Shown here: positions 53,902 through 64,000 of the stretch, in pieces
Layout of the letters: every line of letters begins with the position of its first letter
How positions within the stretch are numbered: position 1 is the stretch's first letter
Assembly (NCBI GenBank): GCA_958009085.1
Contig: OY253687.1
Location: 186,001-250,000 of the forward strand
Origin: Protoeuglena noctilucae
Lineage: Eukaryota
DNA length: 64,000 nucleotides
Direction: 5' to 3'
Made by a program: the position numbers and the translations under genes
The notes under the pieces: model-generated
Database searches by the model: none
Told to the model about the DNA's origin: nothing
The model's input: only the letters and a program-made list of their open reading frames with translations

Positions 53902-54694
53902 CTGCAGAGTATGGAGATCACGGGGCGGAGGTCCGGGGATGAGCGCCACACCCCCGATGCCCGGGAATTCAAAATCCAAGACTCCCGGCAATGCTGACAA
54001 CCCGGACCGGGGAGCCCCGCGATGCCATCAGCGTCCGCAACCGTCACACCTCCGCTAGAAGGATCGCTCGCGAATGGAGGAGGGCGCAGGGTGCCGCGAG
54101 GCCATGGGCCACGCTGTGTCCCAGCGACGCAGATGCTCCCTGGACGCCAGGCTTCCCGTAAAGCCGGTGCGCGGCCCGGACTTGCTGATAGGTCTACAGA
54201 GGCAAGTGAATCAGTGGAAGTGAACGGCTGGGCGTTCTAAAAGCCGAAGCTTGAAATGCCAAACACAACCGAGCGCGCCAAGGACGGGCTCCCTACCAAC
54301 AGCGGCAACAGATTGCTACTACGTTGCCAGTGGATTGGCTGAGTGGGCCCGGAGCCACAGGAGGTGAATGCCAAGCCGACTTGCGCTGCGACGCCACGCA
54401 AAGGCTGGCGAGGGCAAGTCCTGGGGAATTGGTTTCGACCATCTACCGCCGCGCTCGACACCTGCCGACCTCTCATGACATTGCGTGGCACTGGGGCCCC
54501 TCCCGCGCTCGCCTGCGGTGCTGTCTGGGACACATCGCACCGCAGCGTTCTCGCCCACGCGGGCTGTCGGCCACGACAACGTATTGGGCGTGCTCCCATT
54601 CTTTTGCAAGCGCATCCGTCGCCTTATTTGTAGGTCGCTCGCTTAGCAGGGCCCTTCCCGCCCGTTGGGCCCACTCGCGCACGGTTCGGCCGAG

Positions 54695-57600
54695 ATGCCG
54701 AGGTACCAGAGCGTGCCTGCGAACGAGGGATCTCCTCTGTCCAACGCTCGGTCCGTCTTTTCGGTGGATGTCAGCCGCAATCGCGGGACGCCGGATGACG
54801 GCCTCCGGGCCGCAGGGGGCACGTCCGTAGGTAAGGCGACTTGGCGAGCGCCGCCACCGCGATGGCTGCGCTCGGCGTCCATGAAAAGCTCATCGGCGGT
54901 TTCATGCTTCCCTGTCTGCATGGAGGCTCTCTCGGCGGGCGATCGGGCAGCTCTGCACCGCGCACTTTTATCTCTCGCTTGTGGTTCCGGGTTGTCCGCA
55001 GGCGGCTGGCGCGCGCTGTTGTCGGCCCTCATCTCGCCGTCCCCGGGGAGTGGAGCTGACCATCCCCGAGGTGCTCGAGAGGGCTGGGTCCCGGAGGATG
55101 AGGCCTCGCGGTGGGGGCGATGGTTATTCACGTACTGCAGCTCTCTGGTCAAGCTCGGCTGGAAGTACTCGCAGGAGGGGGTCGGAATGGAGATGGAGGA
55201 TCTCTGGGACCTGGCGGAACAGTGAGTACGGCCGCTTGGCCCGCGCCGCTGCCTGGTTGCAGCCGCGATCCGGAGCACGCGAGCGACGCCTTTGATGCGA
55301 CCCACACGCAGGGACCAGGCCCGCGTGCTCTCCGAGCAGTTCAATCGGGCGATGGACAAGACGAGGGACCGGTACCCGAGCAAGCGGGGCAGCGTGGCCT
55401 GGGCGCTGTGGTCCTGTCACCGCGGCGTGATGCTCCTCACCGCCGGGCAGAAGGTCATCCACGACCTCCTGCAGTTCGCCTTCCCCGTGCTGCTTCGGTG
55501 GATGCTTCAGCACCTGCAGAACGACGGCAACCGCGGCGGCGGTGAGGCCCCGGCCAGGCAGCTTGCGTTGCGCCAACTGGGGTGTGCGCCACGCATGCGC
55601 CACCCCTCCCTCCCTCTGCCCTCGCAGCCGTGCTGATCGCGTTCCTCATGCTGGCGACCCTCGTGGTCAAAACGGTCATCATCAACCAGTACTTCAACTC
55701 TCTCTTCCGCGTCGGCATGCACATGAAGGCCCAGCTGGTCCACATGCTGTACGACAAGGCCCTCCGCATCACGGAGCCCGCCAAGGCCAAGCACGGCGTC
55801 GGCGGTATCGTCAACTTGCAGAGCAACGACGCCAGCAAGCTCTGGAACCTGCCATCCTACATCCACGTGCTGTGGTCCGGGCCCCTGCAAATCATCATCT
55901 GCATGGCGCTGCTGGTGAGCCACGGCCAGCAGATGGCCACTAGCAGATGCCAGCCCAGCGTTCCGTGTCCTGCGCGCTCACAGTGCTCTTGAGACTCTGC
56001 CGGACCACACACTGCCAGACACGACTCGCAACGAGCGCCTGTGCAGGTGTCCGTGGTGGGACTGATCCCCTCGGCTGTCGCCCTGGGCGCGACGCTCGTC
56101 CTCGTGCCTCTCAGCACGTCCGTGGGCAGGATCTTGCTGCCTATCCGCAAGAAGCTGATCGGCATCACAGATCAGCGTGTGAAGGCGTGCAGCGAGGTGG
56201 TGACGGGCATCAAGGCCATCAAGCTCTACGCGTGGGAGCAGCCCTACACGGAGCGCATCGAGAAGCTCAGGCGAGCGACGCGGCTGCTGAGACCGAGCTG
56301 GCTTTGGGATGAGCTGAAAGCGACACAGTTCTTGTATATGCAACGATGAGCCTGTGGGTGACAGCCGCGTGCCCTTAACTGCTCGCCCCCAGGGCCCAAG
56401 AGCTGGCGGCGATTCAGAAGGTCCGCCTGATCGGCGTCATCAACAGCGTCGTCTTCTCGTCCTCTCCCATCCTAACCACCCTGGCCGTCTTCATCACCTA
56501 CACCAGCATGGGCATGGCCCTCACGCCTGACGTGGCCTTCACGGCCCTGTCCCTCTTCGGCCTCCTCCGCTTCCCCGTCTCGGTGCTCCCGAGGCAGATC
56601 ATCAACGTCATCAACGCCAACGTCGCCATCAAGCGCATCCAAGACTTCATGGACCTCGAGGAGTACCAGCCTTCCATCGCAGCGCCGCCCCCGGGGCAAC
56701 GCGAGGCGGTGCGTGCGGGCGCTGCGCCAGGGCAGGATCCCGGCTGGGGCTGTGTTTGTGTGTAATCGTGTATTCGTTATCTTATCACCACCTCGCACCG
56801 TACCCACTGCCCCCCGCCAGTCACAACGGCATCCCTGTGCATCTCTCACCATCTTCCACTGCACTGTCCACCCTCCCCGCTCTGTGCTTACCTTGCCACC
56901 CCCGTTGCACCCTTCCTCGCAGGCCCTCCAGGTCTCGGACGCGTCTTTCTGCTGGAGCACGCGGGTGGCGTCAGACGTGCCGCCCGTGCTGCGCAACGTC
57001 AGCCTGCGCGTCAACAAGGGAGAACTGGTGGTGATCGTCGGCGCGGTGGGGGCGGGCAAGTCCAGCCTGCTGCAGGCCATGCTGGGGGAGCTCCGCACCC
57101 TGCAGGGATCCGTCATGATCGACCCCGCCTCGAAAATCGCCTACACCGCGCAGGTGACTGGCCGGCATGGCACAACAGCATGCCCTCACTGTCCCATGCG
57201 TTCCCCTGTGCACGTGCGGGAGCGTGGGCACTCTGGTACAACTTGGCACTTAAGTAGCCCTGAAGCTCTCACTGATGCTCTTACAACTTCTCTTTCTGTT
57301 CCCCACAGGACCCGTGGATTCAGAACGCCACCGTCCGCGACAACGTCACGATGGGCACGGAGCCGGACCCCTCCCGCTACGATGCCACGCTGGAGGCCTG
57401 CGCGCTGCTCCCCGACCTCGACGTCCTGGCCGCGGGCGACGAGACGGAGATTGGCGAGAAGGGGGTCAATCTGTCAGGGGGCCAGAAGCAGCGGGTGGCG
57501 TTGGCCCGGGCGGTGTATGCCGACGCGGACGTGTACCTGCTCGACGACCCGCTGAGCGCCGTGGACGCGCACGTGCAGGCGCACCTGATGCGCAAGTGCA

Positions 57601-59023
57601 TCTGCGGGATGCTGCGGCACAAGACGAGGGTGCTGGTGACCCACCAGGTGCAGCACGCCCGCGCGGCCGACCGGGTGGTGCTCGAGGGCGGCAGCATCAA
57701 GCACCAGGGAACACGTGAGTAACAAGGGGGCGGGTTGTGCTACGAGCAGCTCTGTCGCTCTCTGCTTTGTCGCTCTCTGCTTGCTTTGTTGCTCTGCCCC
57801 GGCACTGCCTGCTTCTCTCGTGCAGTCTATCCCCTCTCAGCCCGTTTGGGCAAAGTACAACCTCAGCGATCCTCCCCGCCCCTTTCCTCCCCGCAGCGGC
57901 CGAGCTGAAGGCCAAGGGGGTGGACCTGGCGGCCTTCTGTGTGGCCAGCCGCCCCAACAGCGAAGACAGCGGTGACCGGGCCACGCGCGACATGAGCCAG
58001 GCTGACCTGATGGGCATGGAGGCCTCCGCGTCGGGCCGGGCGTCCTCGGCGTCGCCCGCGCCCACCGACGCCGTCCGGGAGGCGCGCACCGCATCGGCAT
58101 CGGCTGCAGAGGCGCCTGCCCCCGATCGCCACGCCGCGAACGGGCGCGAGGGGTCGAGCAAAAACGTGGACGGCCTGGCGGGGATGCTGCACGGCGGAGA
58201 CCGTGCGGGCGCGGGGCGGGCGGGCGCGAGCGGCGCGGGGGAGAAGCACAAGGAGGAGGGCGGCGGTGTGGGTAGGCATGGGGGTGGCACGAAGGACGCT
58301 GTGCCTGGGTCCAAGCTCAAGGGTCGCAAGGCGCCTTCGAAGGGGCGACTGGTGGAGAAGGAGATGCGTCAGGTCGGGCAGGTCAAGGCGTCTTTCTACT
58401 ACGCCTATCTGAGCTCGTGGTCGCCTTATTACTGGATCCCCATCGCGGCGCTGCTCATGTCCGTCGGCTCCCAGGCGATCTTACAGGCGAGTGAACGGGG
58501 CACGACAACTGCTGTTGTGTCGAGTTTCGTGTGGGGGAGTGCAGCGTGATGGGGGCGATGAGGAATGAGCGTGTTAGCATTCCCAATGCAAGCAGCTGCC
58601 CTGCATCGCACATGCCTGCAAATTGCCCTCGCTCCGCCACTCTCGCCCCGCAGGTCACCAACTGGTGGCTGCAGCTGTGGTCCTCTCGCGTCCAGTCTGC
58701 CCAAGCCGCGGCGGGGCGCCACGACGGCGACCCTGTTGCGCCTGCCGGTAAGGCTTCCCCCGGCATCGACACCATGTACTATCTGGCCGTGTACAACGTC
58801 CTGTCGGTCGCGGGCATCGTCACCCAGGCGTTCCGGAGCCTGTTCATCGTCTTAGGCAGCATGGGCGCATCCCGCCGGCTGCACGACCGCCTCCTGGCCG
58901 TCGTCATGCGCCTGCCGATGAGCTTCTTCGACACGCAGCCCGCCGGGCGACTCCTCAACCGCTTCACGCGGGACATGGACCAACTGGACCTGGAGCTCGG
59001 CAGCAACTTCGAGGTGAGGAGAG

Positions 59024-59088
<65 letters not shown>

Positions 59089-61053
59089 CACGAGTTGTTA
59101 GGTGGTTGTTGACAGTAGCTTGGTTGAGCCGCCTGCACCCTCACCTGCCCCACCACCCATCCCCGCAGTCGATTGCCAACTTCGGCATGATGCTGGTGGC
59201 CAACATGGCGATGGTGGCGTACGTGTCTCCCCCCGTGGCCGCCATCTTCGCCGTCCTCAGCCTCGTCTACCTTCGCGTGCTGAGGATCTACGTGGCCACC
59301 TCGCGCGAGGTCAAGCGCATCGACTCTGTGCAGAACAGCCCCATCTTCAGCCACTTCAGCGAGAGCATCGCGGGCCTAGTGACGCTGCGGGCGTTCGCGG
59401 GCGCGGCAGAGCAGGGGGTCGAGAAGGACCTTCAGTTGGTCGACCGGTCCACACGCGCCCACTGGCCCAGCACCGTGCTCAACCGCTGGCTGTCCATCCA
59501 GCTCGAGATGCTCGGCAACGCGGTCATCTTCGCCACCGCGCTGCTCACCTGCGTCGCCGGCAACCGTGCTGCGGGCATGGCTGGGCTCGCCCTCTCGAGC
59601 GCGATCAACCTGACGGGGCTGCTCAACTGGGTCGTTCGGTGCGTCAGCGACGTCGAGGTGTCGATGAACAGCGTGGAGCGCATCTGCGAGTACCTGGACC
59701 ACCCCACCGAGGCGCCCGCCATCGTGAGTGGTTGGCGAGCATCGTACTGCTGCAGCTGACTCGCTGGCTTGCGCAGATGCACCTTGCCACCGCGGCTGAC
59801 TGCCTCGCGCACGCACATACTGCCGCTGCGATGCACCGTCCACACTGTGCCCCCATCTGCAAGCCAGCCCCTTTGCACTATCCACCGTGTCTCCTCTGCC
59901 ATTGCAGATCCCCGGGGAGCGCCCCCCGGCCGGCTGGCCCTCCTCCGGCGTCATCGACGTGCGCAACCTCGTCGTCCGCTACCGCCCCGACCTCGACCCG
60001 GTCATCCACGGCATCAGCTTCGCCACGCGGGCGAGGGAGAAGGTCGGGGTCGTGGGGCGCACGGGGTGCGGCAAGAGCACCCTCATGCTCACCCTCTTCC
60101 GCATCGTGGAGCCGACGCAGGGTGAGCGGCGACGATGTAGCGAAAGACTCTGCTGCAGCTGCGTAGAGGTGCCCTCTTTGGCCACGAGCCCTGCTTTGCA
60201 TCCTGCGCGTACCGTGTTTGTGTGCTGCTGCTACCCCATGCCCCCACACATAGCGCTATCCACCCCACTCACCATGCTCATGAGCTGCCCTTACGGCCTG
60301 CCCGGTGCTTTGGCATCACTCAGTGCTTTCTCTTTTGTCTCCCTCGCAGGCGAGATCCTCGTCGACGGCATCAACACGAGCTCCCTGGGTCTCTTCGACC
60401 TGAGGTCGCGCCTTGCATTGGTCCCCCAGGACCCCGTCATCTTCTCGGGCACTGTCCGGTCGAATCTGGACCCATTCGGTGCCGGTGAGCTGCGGAGAGG
60501 CTGTGCCAGAAACGCAGCGCCATGCAGGGCTGGGCGTCTTCTCACCTGCAATTTCACCATCTCACATCCCATGCAAACCAGTGTCGGTCGCTCCGCCCCT
60601 TTTGCTGCAGTGCCGGAGGACGCGTCCATTTGGGAGGCCCTGTCGCGCGTGCACATGGCGACGGTGGTCAAGGGCCTGGGCGGTCTGGACTCCAAGGTGG
60701 CCGAGGGAGGGGGCAACCTGTCGGTCGGGCAGCGGCAGCTGCTGTGCATGGCGCGCGCCCTCCTCCGCAACTCCCGGGTGCTGCTGCTGGACGAGGCGAC
60801 CTCCAACGTCGACAACGCCACCGACGCCGTCATCCAGCGCACCATTCGCGAGGCCTTCCGGGGATGCACGGTCCTCACGATCGCCCACCGCCTCAACACG
60901 ATCGTCGACTACGACCGCATCCTCGTCCTGGACCACGGGCGCATTGCGGAGTTCGACTCGCCCCGCGTGCTCCTGGCGCGGCCCGGGAGCGCCTTCGGGG
61001 CTCTGGTTGCCGAGACGGGCGGGGTGGGCGAGGGGCAGGGGGACGACGACTGA
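54695..61053 (+). CDS. ABCC/MRP-type full-size ABC transporter
   Basis: GIKAIKLYAWE. NBD1 GAVGAGKSS / GEKGVNLSGGQKQR / LLDDPLSAVD. FFDTQPAGRLLNRF. NBD2 GRTGCGKST / NLSVGQRQL / LLDEATSNVD / IAHRL. Confidence 0.95.
59027..59085. repeat. (TG)n microsatellite (~29 units) in an ABCC intron
   Basis: Uninterrupted TG run shortly after the donor GAG|GTGAGG. Confidence 0.98.
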
Positions 61054-61272
61054 ACCAGCTGTGTGGCGTGAAGGAAGGGTTAGGGGGACTCTGTGAGCGC
61101 TGTGGAGAACTGGCGTGGTGCTTGTGTCGTTAGGCTATCTTTGGGAGGCGGTGGTGGGGAGGTAGGCATTTGCTTGAGCCATGAACTGGCCTGCAGCACG
61201 TCCTGATGACTAGTAGTGGCGTGCCTGTTCGTTTTCAACATTACGAATTCGTGTCCGTGGACTATGCCAAGC

Positions 61273-62024
61273 TCAGGCGCTAGGAGGGTTGCGGCGAACG
61301 GGCGGGGTCGGGCCCATCTTGGTGCGCAGCGCCTGGGCCTTGGCCCTGGCAGAGGCGGTCTTGGCACGGAGGTCGTCGACCGCCTCAGAGAGCCCCACCT
61401 CCTGCGCGAGCGACGTGAAAGCGACTACATCATCGCACAACCCGCGCGCACGCAACTGTCAGGGACTGGGGCCTGACATCGAAGCAATTTTGATGCGGAC
61501 TACGCCCTCGCCTTGGGTGGCGCGGTTGTGGCCGACTTGCTGTCGCCCGGCCCCGACGAGTAGCTGGCAGCACCCGTCGCCGTTCGCTGCGCCCTCTCCG
61601 CCTCCTCCCTCGCCCGCGCCCTCACTTCCTCCTCAAAGTCCTGGAGGAACCTCTTGCGCTCTGCCTCTGCCTTTTGCACTTTCGCGAGCGACTCGGCCAC
61701 CGCGCTGCCGACGCGGTCCGCCACGGTGTCCGCAAACGCCTTCCCGAGGTACGCCAGATCAGACAAATCCGGCCCCCCTGCGATGCAACAGAGGCAACTG
61801 CGTCTCCTGCGCCCCCAAGCCAGCTCCAGCTGCCCCCACAGGCCACCATGGCATGGGCCGGAGGCATCGACAGCACATGAGCACAAGGGGGTCGCTGGGA
61901 GCACACCTGTGGACCCGGAGCTCGCGCTGCAGGGCAACGGTCCGCGAGCCATGCGGACGGGCCGAGGGCCGGGCGCCGGAGCCACGGAAGCCCCCGGCAG
62001 CAGTCGCGTCGACAACGACTGCAT
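61273..62024 (-). CDS. Plastid-targeted coiled-coil protein, At4g13200-like / cyanobacterial-type
   Basis: Transit-peptide-like N-terminus. YLGKAFADTVADRVGSAVAESLAKVQKAEAERKRFLQDFEEEVRARA and LSEAVDDLRAKTA. Confidence 0.65.
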
Positions 62025-62343
62025 CCTGAGAATGCACCGTCGGCCGCCGTGTGAGGCGAGGGGGTGACTTTTGCTCCGTGCTGTTGAGACGCGGCGTTGG
62101 GTGGCAAAGCTCGTGGCACATTCTCCGCGACAGCTTCAGCGCCATGCGCAGTACGGATGGCGTCGAGAAGAGACGCTTTTCAAGTGTTCAGGAGCGCCAG
62201 TCTTCGGTCGTGGCACTGGCAGAATTGCGTGGCGGGGCCAGAGAGCGAGTTCCAGGCCCACGAGCTGCGGCAGCGCGCCATTGCGTCTATTTGTTGGCCT
62301 GCTAGCTCCTGTTCTTGGTTGTACCGAGCTCTGTTCCCTCGTA

Positions 62344-64000
62344 ATGGCTCAGACTGCACCCCCAAAGCCTGGGGACGCTCCAGCGCCCTTTCCATGAAGG
62401 ACCCGGGTCCGGATGACGTGGTAGTAGTTGTGGATGGGAACCGGGTCACGTGGACTCTGCAGGCGTCGGGGGAGGCACTCCCGCCACTGCAGAAGCCTGG
62501 GCTGGCCGCCAAGGTGCGGGGTTGCGGACGCACGAGCGCGAGGACGTGCATGAAAGTGACACTCTGCGAAGGGGCTCGACGTTCCTTTCCCAAAGCCCCT
62601 TCGCAGGCCGTGAGGCCCACACGGAAGGCGGAGTACCGTGGAGTGCTCGTGCACGCAAACAAGTTCAGCGCCCGCACGTGCCCCTTTAACGAGAATGTTC
62701 CCATGGGAAGCTTTTCGACGGCGGAGGATGCTGCCATCGCTTTCGACCACTTCGTGATCGCTCAGGTGCCGCGGGACAGCATGCAAGGTAGCCTGGGCTC
62801 CTCCCGCTGCCCCTTCGCGCCTCTCTTGCAACCATCGGCAAACATGCCGCGATATCAAGCTGCTGCTGTAGTCACACCTCCATTCCTGCGCCCTCGTCCC
62901 CGCAGCACGGTCTCGATGCGGCCCTCCAGGCTGGGCTCAACTTCCCCGAGGTCTGGACGGCCGCAGGCGCGAGGGCGCCGCCTGCATCCTCGACATACGC
63001 ACACGAGCGCATCCTCACCGTCATTCCGGGGAGCCTTGCCTCGGAGGGCAACGCGGAGGCCTTTGCTGCAATGCAGCGGCTTTTCGACCCGCTAGACGAG
63101 GCCGCGAACCCCCGCATCGGCCCAGTCCCGGGCGATTACGACCTCAGCTTTGCCGAGAGGCGCCTGCTGGCCCAGCCCGGCCTGCGCCAGCCTTTCGAGG
63201 GAGTCCAGGCCAAGGACCCCGGGTTCATGGCGCATGTGACCAGGTGCACAGCTTGGCTGACGAGCTAGCTTGGCGCCGGATGGTTCGCTGCTACGTGGTT
63301 CATCTGCGACCATCCACACCTCCGCCGCGTACCTGTGAGGTGTCGGACGCCAAGCCAGCTCGCCGCTGCCGCAGAGAGCGGGCGGCCGGGAGCGTGCAGG
63401 TGGGCCCCTTCGCCACCGCGGAGCGCGCGGCGCTGTCGCGGGACCGCGCCCTGGTGCAGCGGGTGGGCTTCACCGCGGCACTTGAGCACGGCCTTCACTT
63501 CCCCGAGCTCGTGGTGGATGCCGGGGATGCGGCAGAGCCAGGCGGCACGCGGGGGCGGGGGGCGGGGTCTGCCCCGGGGTCTGCCCGCGTGGAGAGACGC
63601 GGCGGCGATGGCAAGCGCAGTCATCCCGCCAGGTGACGCCCTCCTGCCTGCGTTATTGTGCTTGCGTTGCGTGTGCCACAGTGTGGGCTCCGGTTGTGGC
63701 CCTGCATCACTTACAGCTCTGCATGGACAGCCGCGGTCCTCTTCAAAAATTACAAACAGCCTTCGCTCCCTCCGCCGCAGCGAGCCCGTCACCCCGCGAC
63801 CCCCACGCCCGCTCCCGTCCCACGCCGGCACAGCGTCACCCCGGCAGCCGCCATCCGCGCAAACCCAGTCGCGAGCCCCGGGGCGCTCGCGGGCCCTGGG
63901 CTTCTCCAGGGGTGTCTCTGGCTTCAAGGGCGTGCGGCCTTACGCCAGCGGCAACCGATGGAGCGCCTACGCTCACCGGGTGAGAAGTGCCTTTTTCATG
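62344..64000 (+). CDS. AP2-domain transcription factor with two AP2-like domains (3' end unresolved)
   Basis: YRGV...MGSFSTAEDAAIAFDH...GLNFP and FEGV...VGPFATAERAALSRDR...GLHFP. Confidence 0.75.

Noticed and set aside
58852..59091. THTHTH / CVCVCV repeat peptides in the ORF track
   Set aside because: These are translations of the intronic (TG)n microsatellite.

Overview
GC-rich, gene-dense eukaryotic nuclear DNA with many short spliceosomal introns, so most entries in the ORF track are exon fragments or shadow frames. It is most likely a flagellated green alga. This is inferred from a TAT-type lumenal Deg8 without a bipartite ER signal, an At4g13200-like plastid protein, an AP2 transcription factor and ciliary ARL13. 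About 24 genes were reconstructed by eye: CPSF6/CFIm-like, MCM4, PI-PLC-like GPI protein, SSS-family transporter, gamma-SNAP, Coa1-like, PSF2/GINS2, SPCS1, TBC Rab-GAP, COX19, an eIF4E-binding (CBE1/4E-T-like) protein, DEG8, ARL13, PI31-like, SDHAF1, mitochondrial intermediate peptidase, alpha/beta hydrolase, COQ9, CDC45, an ABCC transporter and others. Highlights: (1) a STIM-like gene (signal peptide, EF-hand pair, SAM, FN3-like, TM, FYVE-like zinc finger, CaM-binding-like tail) with no visible SOAR coiled coil, a candidate unconventional luminal Ca2+ sensor; (2) an NLR-like STAND gene (MGCAAS lipidation motif, MLKL-like 4-helix bundle, NACHT-type NTPase, WD40); (3) frequent GC-AG introns; (4) near-abutting convergent stop codons; (5) three CMG-helicase genes within 51 kb; (6) a candidate structured ncRNA. 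All family calls come from motif recognition, not database searches, and exon boundaries are manual.
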